From an uncultured Saccharicrinis sp. (lineage in GTDB: Bacteria > Bacteroidota > Bacteroidia > Bacteroidales > Marinilabiliaceae), in contig CAZRRJ010000004.1 in the NCBI GenBank assembly GCA_964602515.1, positions 152,220-216,219 on the forward strand: a stretch of DNA of 64,000 bases, in the 5' to 3' direction. Below the pieces are notes generated by a model that did not search any database, had not been told where the DNA came from, and saw only the letters and a program-made list of their open reading frames with translations. Numbering within the stretch: position 1 is the first letter of the stretch; each line of letters starts with the position of its first letter. Positions 19,981-30,624 of this stretch are shown here, in pieces. A program made the position numbers and the translations under genes.

Positions 19981-21885
19981 CTATAAAACAAAAGTGTTTA
20001 GCTTTGGTTTATACTTTTCTTTAAGTTGTAAAACCCATCGTCTCTCTAAGTCAGCCTGGTAATCAGAAATAACCTGCCCTTTTATTTTTTCCAATGGCTG
20101 AACTGCCCTCTCAAACTTTTGACCTTCTTTAATTAAATACAAATAATCACCTGCAACAATGTTCGCTTTACTTTTCCATACTTGTTTATCTAGTAAAGGT
20201 TCTTCGGTTTTAAAAAACTGTCCTTCTTTAATCATTACCTGCTCTGTCAGCTCTTTTGGTAAGTCATTTTTACTAAGGTTTGCGTTTTTATTTAGCATTT
20301 TCTTAACAGCTTTACTCACTTTTTTTGTTTTGCAATAATAGAGTGTACCACTAAAGTGTTCATCAAGGGTATAATCTTTACTATTCTGATTATAAAACTG
20401 AACTAAGCCAATACTGTCATTCGATGCTTTATTCCAGATCTCTTTTTTACTAATTTCAAATATTAATAAACCATCATGGTATTCATTCATCAGGTATTTA
20501 AACTCTGGGTATTTCTTTTCTAAATTTGCTTTCTCATAATCAATAAGCATACGATTCACATATGCTGTCCAGATATGTGCAAAATCTTCTTTATTAATAC
20601 CTTCGGCCGGTAAGGAATAAGAAAACGCTCCATTGGCAAAATCTGCTGAGGTAATACTTCTTTCACCTAAATTTACAGGCTTAAGCTGTGCTTTGCTTAA
20701 CTGAGCAACTAATTCTGCTAGTTCATCTTTACTGTGTTTAATAGTTAATTGCTCTAGTTTTAAAAGATCATCTGTATTAATAGTGTACCCGTATTCCTCT
20801 TTTAAGCGCTCTATTGTGGCTCTTTTTCCTGCAAAGGCTCGCTCATCGCGCCTGGTTTTTTTTAATATTTCTTCTCTGCTTTCATCCAATGATTTTACAG
20901 AACGTATATCAAGGCGTTTAATAATATGCCATCCAAACTTTGTTTTAACAGGTTTAGAAATTTGACCGTTTTCTGTTAAAGCAAAGGCGGCCTCACTAAA
21001 GGCAGGAACCATCTGTCCGGTTCCAAACCAAGGTAGTTTTCCATTATTAGCTACGGTTTGCTTATCATCTGAGTACTGTGCTACCATAGTATTAAAAGAG
21101 GCGCCCTCCTGCAATTTTTGATAAATTGAGTCAATGGCAACTTTTGATTGATTCTGAATTGTTTCACTTGCCATATACGGATAGGCTTTCATTATATGCG
21201 CTACCTTAATTTCCCCTTTATTCTTTCTTTTATTATGCACCTTAATTAGATGATATCCAAAGGATGTACGGGTTATTTCAGACACTTCTCCAACAGGAGT
21301 ATTAAAAGCAGCCTTTTCAAAAGTGTAAACCATCATAAATGCTGTAAAATATCCAAGATACCCATTACTTTGCTTAGCTGAAGGTCCCTCTGAATATTTT
21401 AATACCATCTGTTCAAAATCAGCTCCTTCATCCAATTGTCTTTTCACATTGGCAATATGCTTATATGCTTTCAGCGTATCTTCCGGAGTCGGTGACTGAG
21501 GCAGTTTAATTAATATGTGTGATGCCTCTATTTCGTAGCACATATGCTCATAGGCCTCTTTAATAACTTTGTCTTCGGCTTTTTTATCGCTCAGGTAGGG
21601 CTTTGCCAACTCATTTCTGTAAAAGTCCAGTTCTTTCTTAAAAGAGGGCACTGTATCATATCCTTGCGCAATAGCTTCTTCAACCTTTAATTTATATATT
21701 ACAAACAGGTTTAAATAATCTTCTTTGCTAACAGGCAGTTCAGTTAGACTTTTATTTTTGTTATAGATATAATTAAACTCATCTGCACTATAATACTTGT
21801 CCCCAATTATTAACAAGGGTTTGTTCTGAGCTGTAACACTTAATACGATTAGTATAAATACTAAAAAGCTAAATAAACGATTCAT
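19981..21885 (-). CDS. PpiC-type peptidyl-prolyl isomerase with two parvulin domains (PpiD/SurA-like)
   Basis: Two parvulin signatures (SHILIK...FGYHLIKV and ...FGWHIIKR). I prefer the ATG at 21885 over the TTG at 21918. Confidence 0.8.
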   Translation of the reverse strand: MNRLFSFLVFILIVLSVTAQNKPLLIIGDKYYSADEFNYIYNKNKSLTELPVSKEDYLNLFVIYKLKVEEAIAQGYDTVPSFKKELDFYRNELAKPYLSDKKAEDKVIKEAYEHMCYEIEASHILIKLPQSPTPEDTLKAYKHIANVKRQLDEGADFEQMVLKYSEGPSAKQSNGYLGYFTAFMMVYTFEKAAFNTPVGEVSEITRTSFGYHLIKVHNKRKNKGEIKVAHIMKAYPYMASETIQNQSKVAIDSIYQKLQEGASFNTMVAQYSDDKQTVANNGKLPWFGTGQMVPAFSEAAFALTENGQISKPVKTKFGWHIIKRLDIRSVKSLDESREEILKKTRRDERAFAGKRATIERLKEEYGYTINTDDLLKLEQLTIKHSKDELAELVAQLSKAQLKPVNLGERSITSADFANGAFSYSLPAEGINKEDFAHIWTAYVNRMLIDYEKANLEKKYPEFKYLMNEYHDGLLIFEISKKEIWNKASNDSIGLVQFYNQNSKDYTLDEHFSGTLYYCKTKKVSKAVKKMLNKNANLSKNDLPKELTEQVMIKEGQFFKTEEPLLDKQVWKSKANIVAGDYLYLIKEGQKFERAVQPLEKIKGQVISDYQADLERRWVLQLKEKYKPKLNTFVL

Positions 21886-22064
21886 CTTTTTTAAGGCTAT
21901 TATATAATTTGATATCAAAGATTAAGAATGCCTGTAAAAATAGTTTAATTATAACGAAGTAATGAATTATACTGATGATCATTTAAAAACGAAGTATTTT
22001 TATTTCTTTTATCTCAACCTGTATGTTTCTATAATTAGTTCAGATATTAGAAGTACGAGGATAC

Positions 22065-22105
22065 AAAAAATCCCGGTAATGCATAAAAGAAGCAATAGAC
22101 CGGGA
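22065..22105 (-). terminator. rho-independent terminator candidate after the DUF3472 gene
   Basis: 7-bp stem TCCCGGT/ACCGGGA with a 21-nt loop, followed on the minus strand by TTTTTTG. Confidence 0.45.
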
Positions 22106-22132
22106 ATTATGCTAAAAAGAAAAAGCCAGGCC

Positions 22133-23464
22133 TTAAGGCAAGTTACTAAGGTCTATTACAGGTTGTTTCCCTAACCCAGTACGTTTATGGTTACTATCAA
22201 TTGGTGTTGTTTCATTAAAAAAACCACAATTTCGCATAAAGAACTGGTTATCGGTAACACCCCCGGCATAATCCATACGCGACTCTTTACGAGCCGTGGC
22301 ATCTGCGGTAAACCTGGCTTCTGTCATTTCGTACCATTTTCCATTGTTGTCGCGCACCCACTGGTTGTTATAATAGGCCTTCCGGGTGATGGCACCTGTT
22401 TCGGTATGGAAATTCTCAAGAAACGAATACTGACTGGTTAACCAGGTTTGTGTTTTAGGGCGCTTGAAACTGGCAATCAGCTTCCAGTTATCCAGCTCGG
22501 GTCCATTGAACCAGGCCGTGTATTGCGTGTATCCATCATTAAGGGGTTGTCCCTTAAGTAGAAACTGGTAGGTGTTACCAGTTATCCAGTTGTATTTCCA
22601 ATAACTCTGACCGCCTGAACCTTCGTTACCAAATTCGCCGGTTGTTACCCCTTCTCCTTTTTTCACAAGGATAATTTTTTCATCGTCAGGAATAGAGCTT
22701 GGATCATCGGTATGATATGGGCTCCAGACCGAAAACAGTACTCGGCGCTCAGTTTCGGAGTTAACCTGTATGCCAAAATAGCCCTCACCAAAGCCATTGG
22801 CCATGTAGTACGAACCAATCACATCCTGCTCCTGCGGCACAGTTATCTCGTTGTAGAAATACTCAATATCCGATGCAGCTTCGGGCACTTTGTAGCTCAG
22901 GTGCACTGATGGCCCCCGACGCCCCCAGTAGTATTCCTCATTCACAAAGTACATTTTACCAACAGTGGCTTCACCGCCCAGAAACACTTCTTTTACATCG
23001 GCAAAAACACCTGTTTCTTTTGATACACCTTCGAGCTCAAGAAAATGATAGCCCGGCTCATCAATAGTAAAGGTGCCCACAAAATATGTGACCAGATTAG
23101 TGCTTTGTATTTTAACCTCTTTGGCTATGCCATTGACTGTACACTTAATCACTGACAACCCTCCGCCTGTTTTGGCATTCAAGCCTACATGTAACTCCCC
23201 TGTTTTGGGCAGTTTAAAGTAAATGCGAAATTTATCAGATTGTTTACCCCAGCTTTTAATACCCTCGTCACCAATAACTTTAGAACCGTTAAAGGGGTTA
23301 TCAACCACCCAGGTGTTGCCACCTGCCGGGACACGAATATCCATGGTTGGCACCTTATCGGTAGTTATATTTTTTTCATCATCACTACAGCTGGCACAAC
23401 CAATAAGAATTGTGCAAACCGTGGTGAATAACATGAATGTTAATAATCTCATTACTTGTTTCAT
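22133..23464 (-). CDS. DUF5077/DUF3472-like lipoprotein (last gene of the polysaccharide utilisation locus)
   Basis: Lipobox ..LIGCASC. ..YFGIQVNSETERRVLFSVWSP...GEFGNEGSGGQSYWKYNW.. is typical of DUF3472 as I recall it. ATG at 23464. Confidence 0.65.
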   Translation of the reverse strand: MKQVMRLLTFMLFTTVCTILIGCASCSDDEKNITTDKVPTMDIRVPAGGNTWVVDNPFNGSKVIGDEGIKSWGKQSDKFRIYFKLPKTGELHVGLNAKTGGGLSVIKCTVNGIAKEVKIQSTNLVTYFVGTFTIDEPGYHFLELEGVSKETGVFADVKEVFLGGEATVGKMYFVNEEYYWGRRGPSVHLSYKVPEAASDIEYFYNEITVPQEQDVIGSYYMANGFGEGYFGIQVNSETERRVLFSVWSPYHTDDPSSIPDDEKIILVKKGEGVTTGEFGNEGSGGQSYWKYNWITGNTYQFLLKGQPLNDGYTQYTAWFNGPELDNWKLIASFKRPKTQTWLTSQYSFLENFHTETGAITRKAYYNNQWVRDNNGKWYEMTEARFTADATARKESRMDYAGGVTDNQFFMRNCGFFNETTPIDSNHKRTGLGKQPVIDLSNLP

Positions 23465-23563
23465 TTTAATTGTATTAACAGGTTTATATATAATATACTT
23501 CACCAACACAAAAGTCCTACTCCATCAGCTATAAACCTGTTAAAATGAATTATTCGAATCACC

Positions 23564-25051
23564 TTAAACCGATAATTGCTTTTCGGCATCGGCTTCTTTA
23601 AGATTCCTCACCCCTGTTGTACCACCTCCTTTGAGGGTTAACTCTACGGGTTTGTTGGTCTTCCACTTCCCACGCGTAAAGTCAGGTATATCAATTGGCT
23701 TCGAACCGTTTAATATAGACCATTCACTCAATGGTGTGATACAACTCCAGGCTGCCGCATCATATACATCCATATCCATTGGCAAGCCGTTACGCAAACA
23801 GTCGATTAAGCGCCAGTCCATCATAAAGTCCATACCTCCATGACCTCCAACCTGCTTGGCCATCTCACCAATGCGCCTTACTATTTCAGGCGTATATTTT
23901 TCCTCCAATTCCTTCATTTTGGCGTCATCAGCTTTGCTATGTCCAAAAGCAATATGTTGTAAAGGCCATTTTTGAGCAAAACACTTGGTGCCACTAAGCA
24001 TATGAATACGGGAATATGGACGGGGTGAACTAATATCGTGCTGAATCAGAATGGTACGACCTTTCACTGTACGAATCATTTGCATATCCATGTTGCCACG
24101 CATTTCTTCACCAATAAATTGTTGCAAATCAGGCCTGTCAGGAGCTAACTCTTTAATACGATTGGACAACGTAAAATCATCCGACATCATAGCGGTCAAA
24201 TAATCCATTCTATCGCCTCGGTTGATGTTCATAGCCTGACAAATAGGTCCTAAGCCGTGTGTTGGATACGCATTAGCCATGCGTTTATTTTCGTGCAAAC
24301 GCCATAGCTTATCGTAGGCTCCGTCACCACGTGGCTTATCATCCTTTGGTTTGTTAAAGTGCCAATAATCCAAATCGTGAATATAAGCTCCTTCGCCATG
24401 AATTAAATCGCCAAAAGCGCCCTGACGCGCCATGTTTAATGTTAATAGTTCGAAGAAATCGTAACAGCAGTTCTCCAATATCACACAATGTTTTTTAGTT
24501 TGCTCCGATACTTCTACCATTTCCCAGCACTCGTCCATGGTTTTAGCGGTTGACACCTCTACTGCGGCATGACTACCACCTCGCATTGCAGCCAATGCAA
24601 CCGGCACGTGCCATTCCCAAGGGGTAGCAATGTAAACCAAATCAACAAGCCCGCTATCGCACAAAGCTTTAAAAGCCGTATCGCTACCAGTAAACTCTTT
24701 GGCTTTTGGCAAACCAGCTTTTGCCAATGAAGCCTGTGCACCATCAATAGCCGCCTGTCGTGTATCGCAAAGTGCAGTTACTTCAACACCTTCGATAAAG
24801 CCCATACGATCTACTGCTCCAATACCACGGTCGCCAACACCCACAAAACCTACACGTACTTTATCCAGTTTTGGGGCTGCATAACCACACATGTTAAATT
24901 CCATCTTGGGCACACGCTCGGCATTTGCACGTATATAAGCAACAGCCTCTTGCTCTTTGGACTTAGGATTACATCCTGCTATTGGAGCTGCTGCAGCAAC
25001 ACCTACACCCAACGCCATATTTTTTAAAAACGATCTTCTGCTTGATCCCAT
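23564..25051 (-). CDS. Gfo/Idh/MocA-fold NAD-dependent glycosidase, GH109-like (alpha-N-acetylgalactosaminidase family), Tat signal
   Basis: Twin-arginine leader MGSSRRSFLKNMALGVGVAAAA, a Rossmann GFVGVGDRG, and length and layout as in GH109 enzymes. Confidence 0.75.
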   Translation of the reverse strand: MGSSRRSFLKNMALGVGVAAAAPIAGCNPKSKEQEAVAYIRANAERVPKMEFNMCGYAAPKLDKVRVGFVGVGDRGIGAVDRMGFIEGVEVTALCDTRQAAIDGAQASLAKAGLPKAKEFTGSDTAFKALCDSGLVDLVYIATPWEWHVPVALAAMRGGSHAAVEVSTAKTMDECWEMVEVSEQTKKHCVILENCCYDFFELLTLNMARQGAFGDLIHGEGAYIHDLDYWHFNKPKDDKPRGDGAYDKLWRLHENKRMANAYPTHGLGPICQAMNINRGDRMDYLTAMMSDDFTLSNRIKELAPDRPDLQQFIGEEMRGNMDMQMIRTVKGRTILIQHDISSPRPYSRIHMLSGTKCFAQKWPLQHIAFGHSKADDAKMKELEEKYTPEIVRRIGEMAKQVGGHGGMDFMMDWRLIDCLRNGLPMDMDVYDAAAWSCITPLSEWSILNGSKPIDIPDFTRGKWKTNKPVELTLKGGGTTGVRNLKEADAEKQLSV

Positions 25052-25126
25052 AATTATCTAATTTATATCTAATTCGAAATTGTTATTCCTTCCAATCACA
25101 ACATTCTTTTTTATCTGATTAACAAA

Positions 25127-25151
25127 GAAGACGATTTTTACAATCGTCTTC
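25127..25151 (-). terminator. strong hairpin between susD and the GH109-like gene (intra-locus terminator/attenuator candidate)
   Basis: 10-bp perfect stem GAAGACGATT/AATCGTCTTC with a 5-nt loop, followed on the minus strand by TTTGTT. Confidence 0.45.
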
Positions 25152-25165
25152 TCTATTATTATTGA

Positions 25166-26971
25166 TTAAGGATTCTGAATTAAATCAGGCTGTGCATTAA
25201 TCTCATCCTGAGGAATAAACTCAATAATTTCTAAAGCAGTTGGAAGTATTTCAAAGAAAGGTTCATTTCCGCGCAAATGCGTTCCCGGATAGTTTCTATC
25301 CATAGTCATTCCATTACGGAACACATCAAATTTACGATGTCCTTCATAAGCTAATTCCAAACGACGCTCTTTTAACACGATGTTTAATAATGTCATATCA
25401 GCAGTTACATCCGAAGCGGTATACTCCGCTTCTGTACCAATGGCACGCCTTCTGATTTCATTCACATTTAACAAGGCATTTGACACATCACCTTTTTTAG
25501 CGTAGGCCTCTGCTTTATTCAAATACATCTCAGCATAACGTACTACTACAGGCGACCATAAATGCCCTTTATTCTCCTGACCTGAACATTTTGTAATAAA
25601 ATATTTAGGATAGGTTTGACGTACTGCCAGTTTTTTATCAATACGTAGCTTAACAGGTGCGTCCAACAGAGTTGTAACACCTGTTGATGTATTGATTTTA
25701 TATGGTGTAACGCTAAAGTTTGTAACGCCTGTTTTAGCATCAACCTCAGCAGTCACCGTAACTTCTTTATTCACTACTGTTCCATCATCCAGTGTCCATG
25801 TCTGATACATTGTTGACATATCTGCACTCACTGCATCTTGATGAAATAATAAGCTATTCACTTTAATTGTTGCATCTGAATCATCGTTACTATATGTGCT
25901 TAATCCATACCAAACACCAAATAATTCTTCTGAATTTTTATCAATTGCCATAGCTGTTACAAATGAACTACGTGCATCATCCGGCCATTCTTCAACAATA
26001 TCTCGATAAGTAACTGAGGCGTATAACTCTCCCCATCCTGCTCCATCTAATGAAGGATTTCCCTGTGCATCAACAGCTGCATACATTCCTGGAAATGTAT
26101 ACCAGTTGTCCCACTGGCCTGTATTATCAGCACCATCCACATAGCGTAATGCAAAAATTGTTTCAGAGTTTTCGTCCGGTGTAAATTTAGGATACTTCTT
26201 AAAGTCTTCTTTAGAAAGTAAGCTATATCTACCTGAGGCAATTACTTTATCTGCATATTCAATAGACAGATCATTCTCTTCCATATAAAGATATACACGT
26301 GATAATAAAGCATATGCAGACTCTTTAGTAGCATAACTAGCCGTTTTCTCCAATGACATTAGTTCAGCTGCCTTTTCTAAATCCGATACTACTTGGTCAT
26401 AACAAACCTTTACACTAGCACGAACTGGTTGATCATTAATATCTGTTGTTAGTTTAAGTGGCACACCTAAATTAGATGTAGGATCCTGGTTATAAGGGCG
26501 ACCAAATACATTCGTCAAATAAAAATACACCATACCTCTTAAAAAGTAATTCTGGCCTATCATATGATCAATATCAGCCGATACACCTTCTTCTGCGCGT
26601 TCGATTACTGTATTACATCCTACAATTGTTTTGTATGAAGCACTCCATAAAGATCGCTTACGATAACCTGTTGTTTGACGTTTGTAATTGTAAATAAACA
26701 TCAAGGGGTCGGTTGTACTTCCACTTAATGCAATATTATCACCTGGATATTCTGCAAACCTGTAAAAGTTATTTACCCACGAATAGCCATCGGCAATACC
26801 ACTACCTTTTAATATAGCATAATTACCTAAAGTTAGCGCTTCCAGGGCATTACCTGAGGAATATACCTGATCCTTTTCTATTGTGTCAAATGGTATTCTG
26901 TCAAGTTCACAGCTAAATAGCCCCAGAACAAGTACAGGAATTAATAACCATGTATATTTTTTCTTATTCAT
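25166..26971 (-). CDS. SusD/RagB-family nutrient-binding outer-membrane lipoprotein
   Basis: Lipobox LGLFSC, TPR-like SusD core, and position immediately downstream of susC. Confidence 0.9.
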   Translation of the reverse strand: MNKKKYTWLLIPVLVLGLFSCELDRIPFDTIEKDQVYSSGNALEALTLGNYAILKGSGIADGYSWVNNFYRFAEYPGDNIALSGSTTDPLMFIYNYKRQTTGYRKRSLWSASYKTIVGCNTVIERAEEGVSADIDHMIGQNYFLRGMVYFYLTNVFGRPYNQDPTSNLGVPLKLTTDINDQPVRASVKVCYDQVVSDLEKAAELMSLEKTASYATKESAYALLSRVYLYMEENDLSIEYADKVIASGRYSLLSKEDFKKYPKFTPDENSETIFALRYVDGADNTGQWDNWYTFPGMYAAVDAQGNPSLDGAGWGELYASVTYRDIVEEWPDDARSSFVTAMAIDKNSEELFGVWYGLSTYSNDDSDATIKVNSLLFHQDAVSADMSTMYQTWTLDDGTVVNKEVTVTAEVDAKTGVTNFSVTPYKINTSTGVTTLLDAPVKLRIDKKLAVRQTYPKYFITKCSGQENKGHLWSPVVVRYAEMYLNKAEAYAKKGDVSNALLNVNEIRRRAIGTEAEYTASDVTADMTLLNIVLKERRLELAYEGHRKFDVFRNGMTMDRNYPGTHLRGNEPFFEILPTALEIIEFIPQDEINAQPDLIQNP

Positions 26972-27017
26972 TTGTTTTGTTTTTAATACGATAAATAAAT
27001 CAGACTTATCTCACTCA

Positions 27018-30000
27018 TTAAAAATTAACGCTTACACCAAACATAAAACGCTTTGGAATAGCATAGTCATCATATGCATCACCAGTACCTTCCTCTCCAA
27101 CTTCAGGATCAACACCTGAGTAATTAGTGAAAGTCACTAAATTTTCAGCTGATGCATAGATACTTACATTCTTCAAAAACTCCACATTCTTAATACCACT
27201 TAATGAGTAGTTAAGTGTAACGTTACGTAAGCGTATATAACTACCGTCTTCCATGTATCGTGATGATGTTTTATTAGACAGGCTGTTTCCACCATTAAAT
27301 GGCTGTGGGTGCGTTGCAATATCACCCGGTTTACTCCAGCGACTCCATCCGTCTGCTAACGACATCGCATTAAATGTTGAATAGGCTCCATCATTATCAT
27401 ACAGTTCACGAGCATAATGGTAAATATCAATGCCCGAAACAAAGTCAAGATTCATTACTAAACTAAGGTTCTTATAGCTCATACTTGAATTAAGTCCGCC
27501 AAAGAAATCAGGTGTTGAAGCACCTACTTTTTGTAATGCTGCTTCGTTATAATCACTGGTTAAACTCACATTTCCATCGTCATCAATAGCTTCCCATTGT
27601 GGCTTACCATCGTCTGAATTTACACCTGCCCACTTACGTAAATACCAAGTATCAATATCATCACCCACACTTCTTATTTTATTACCTGAGATAATATCAG
27701 ATCCTTCAAATAGTTCAGTAATTTCATTGGTATTGAATCCGATATTAGCATCTAAACGCCAGTTAAAACCATCAGATCCTGATTTTATAACATCAGATCC
27801 TAATACAATTTCAAGTCCTTTGTTTTTAACAGATCCAATATTTTCCCAGTAACCATTAAATCCTGATGTTGCTGGTAATGCCACATAATACAACAAATCT
27901 TTAGTGTCTTTAATGTAATATTCAAGGCTTAGATCAAAGCGATTAAACATTCTTAAGTCAACAGCAAAGTTTGTACTATAGGTTTTCTCCCATGTTAAGT
28001 CATCGTTACCCAACTGATTTGCCGATATTACAGGAACACTATTATACTGATTTGTAACCGAATAAAGCTCTTTACTTGGGTGGTAACTATCCGGTGTATT
28101 TCCTAATGCTCCATAACTAGCTCTGAATTTAAACACATTGATGTTATCCACATTAAAGAATTCTTCATTATGGATGTTCCAACCACCACTAAACGAGTAG
28201 AAATTACCAAACTGAGAATCTTTACCAAATTTAGACGAACCATCGCGACGGAAAGAGAACTGTGCCATATAACGCGAACCATAAGTATAGTTAGCATTAA
28301 ATAAGTACGATTTAAATGCATATCCCCCTTTACTTCCTGAAATATCCTCCATTTCGGAACCTGCATCTAAAATTTCACTACCAGAAACAATACCTTTTAC
28401 CTTAGCTGAAGTAGTTGAAGATTCAAAATCATTAAATTCATAAGCTAACAGGGCTGACAAATAATGTTCGCCAAATCCTTTTTGGTAACGTAATAACTGG
28501 TTAGTAAAGCGATTCAGGCTCTTATAGTGATAATTATTAATTGTTCCAACATTATTACGTCCAATTGTTGACTGTGGATCAACATAGCTCATAGAGTTAT
28601 GATGCTGATAATCGAAACTATTAGATGATACGAAGGTTAAACCTTCTGCAATTTTAATATCAAAACCCATATAAGGAGAAAGCCTCAATTCTGACGTTTC
28701 TGAATAATTCCATTGTAAATTATATATAGAATTGCTTCTGTCGCGACCAATCCATCCAGAATTAGGATCTGTTGGGTCAATAATATTACCTTCATCATCA
28801 CGCGGACGATCATAAGGCATATTTAAAAACATTTCACCTACCCCTTGCTGCTTATTCATAATATCACGATAAGCAAAACTCATTTTAGGATGAAGTGTTA
28901 ACCATGGTTTAATATCGTAATCAATATTCATACGGCCTGTATACCGGGTATAATCATACCCCTTTACAGCACCTGATTCGTCGTAAATATTACCGGATAT
29001 ATATGTTCTCAATTTCTCATTTCCTCCTGAAAAAGAAATACCATAATCCTGAACAACTCCTAATTGAGTACCTTCATCAAACCAATCAGTATTTCTGGCC
29101 TGTGCCTCACCAGTAAACCAATCTAAATCAGCATAACCATTGCCAAACGACTTAATATACTCGGTCATTTCAGTATTATTCATTACACTAAAATTACCCA
29201 ATGAGAGTTTCGTTACACCTGTTTTAACAGCAATATTAATATTGTCTGATCCTTCTTTAGCTGTTTTTGTGGTGACCAAAATTACACCATTAGCAGCCCT
29301 TGAACCATATAATGCAGTTGCTGATGCATCTTTTAATATGGATGTTGATTCAATATCTTCAGGATTTAATTGTGGAGCTTCAGCTTGTATTACACCATCA
29401 ACCACCCATAAAGGATCAACACTACCACTTAAAGTAGATTTACCACGAATACGAATTGTAGGTGCATCACCAGGACGACCGGAGCCTTGTGAAACAAACA
29501 CCCCAGCTGCTTTACCTTGTAGCAAGTTACCTACATTAGGGGAGGTAATCGTTTTTAAATCTTCTGTTTCCAAATTGGCAACCGAACCCGTTAAATTCGA
29601 TTTCTTTTGAATGCCATACCCAACAACAATTACTTCATCCATTTCTTCAAATGCTGAAAGAAGAGTTATATGGATATTCTCCTGACCTGCATAAACAACT
29701 TCTTGATTATTCATACCTATGAATGCAAATACAATGGTTTGTGCTGTTGCAGGAATCTTTAATTCATAGTTTCCTTCCACATCTGTAATAGTACCAATTG
29801 TATTATCTTCTTTTAGGTAAATAGCTGCACCAGGAAGCGGATCTCCATTAATGTCCACAATTTTACCTTTAATTACTTTGTCTTCCTGCTTTATATCACT
29901 TGCTGCTGTTGGCGCTACAGGCGTAATAATAACCAGATCCCCCTCTTTAATAGTAAAATAAATATCAGACCCATCAAGTATTTCAGCTAATATACTTTCA

Positions 30001-30260
30001 ATATCTACATTACGTTGATTCACATTAACACGCCTGCTAAGGTCAACTAAATCAGTTTTGTACAAAAAACGATACGAGCTTTGGCTTTCAATAACATTAA
30101 AAACCTCTTCGAGAGAAGCATTACGTATAGTCACATTTAATTTTTCTTGCTGCTTCGCAAATGTATGCGAAGCAGATAGCAGAAGAACTGCTATAAGCAA
30201 ACCAGCAACTTTCCACCTTTGAATAAAGGCAAAAGTCTTTCTCATTTCATTTTTTTTCAT
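27018..30260 (-). CDS. SusC/RagA-family TonB-dependent transducer (with N-terminal STN signalling domain)
   Basis: 1080 aa. The STN-like N-terminus reads KLNVTIRNASLEEVFNVIESQSSYRFLYK. It continues with a carboxypeptidase-regulatory-like domain, plug and barrel, and ends with a terminal F (..GVSVNF). Confidence 0.9.
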   Translation of the reverse strand: MKKNEMRKTFAFIQRWKVAGLLIAVLLLSASHTFAKQQEKLNVTIRNASLEEVFNVIESQSSYRFLYKTDLVDLSRRVNVNQRNVDIESILAEILDGSDIYFTIKEGDLVIITPVAPTAASDIKQEDKVIKGKIVDINGDPLPGAAIYLKEDNTIGTITDVEGNYELKIPATAQTIVFAFIGMNNQEVVYAGQENIHITLLSAFEEMDEVIVVGYGIQKKSNLTGSVANLETEDLKTITSPNVGNLLQGKAAGVFVSQGSGRPGDAPTIRIRGKSTLSGSVDPLWVVDGVIQAEAPQLNPEDIESTSILKDASATALYGSRAANGVILVTTKTAKEGSDNINIAVKTGVTKLSLGNFSVMNNTEMTEYIKSFGNGYADLDWFTGEAQARNTDWFDEGTQLGVVQDYGISFSGGNEKLRTYISGNIYDESGAVKGYDYTRYTGRMNIDYDIKPWLTLHPKMSFAYRDIMNKQQGVGEMFLNMPYDRPRDDEGNIIDPTDPNSGWIGRDRSNSIYNLQWNYSETSELRLSPYMGFDIKIAEGLTFVSSNSFDYQHHNSMSYVDPQSTIGRNNVGTINNYHYKSLNRFTNQLLRYQKGFGEHYLSALLAYEFNDFESSTTSAKVKGIVSGSEILDAGSEMEDISGSKGGYAFKSYLFNANYTYGSRYMAQFSFRRDGSSKFGKDSQFGNFYSFSGGWNIHNEEFFNVDNINVFKFRASYGALGNTPDSYHPSKELYSVTNQYNSVPVISANQLGNDDLTWEKTYSTNFAVDLRMFNRFDLSLEYYIKDTKDLLYYVALPATSGFNGYWENIGSVKNKGLEIVLGSDVIKSGSDGFNWRLDANIGFNTNEITELFEGSDIISGNKIRSVGDDIDTWYLRKWAGVNSDDGKPQWEAIDDDGNVSLTSDYNEAALQKVGASTPDFFGGLNSSMSYKNLSLVMNLDFVSGIDIYHYARELYDNDGAYSTFNAMSLADGWSRWSKPGDIATHPQPFNGGNSLSNKTSSRYMEDGSYIRLRNVTLNYSLSGIKNVEFLKNVSIYASAENLVTFTNYSGVDPEVGEEGTGDAYDDYAIPKRFMFGVSVNF

Positions 30261-30345
30261 AATTTTGTTGTTTAATAATCAAGAGTTATTATTTCGAGCA
30301 TCCTTTTTTTCCGGCCATGGAGTTTGGGGTGCTCTTTTTATTTAA
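30238..30345. repeat. direct repeat copy A (covers the susC start codon, leader and hairpin)
   Basis: Copy A is 108 bp and copy B (30625-30729) is 105 bp. They differ by 1 substitution plus two homopolymer-length differences (T8 vs T6, T7 vs T6). Confidence 0.9.
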
Positions 30346-30624
30346 GATTATTCTTAATTTTTAGTTACACAAGTCCTTAGCTTTCTTGCTAATAGATTGT
30401 ACAACACCTGAGTAATACAAGCTGCTTAACTTGCCTTTTTTCAAATACTATCACAGCTTAATATTATTTTCAACAAAAGATAACTATTCTGTGTTAGTGC
30501 TCATATTTTAAGCTACCTCATTAAAGTAATCACTTACACATTATACTTACCCTTGTAATTTTAGGATACAAGCTACAGCATACTTACAGTAGCCTAGAAT
30601 AATCTTTCCTTCTAAGGAACAGAT

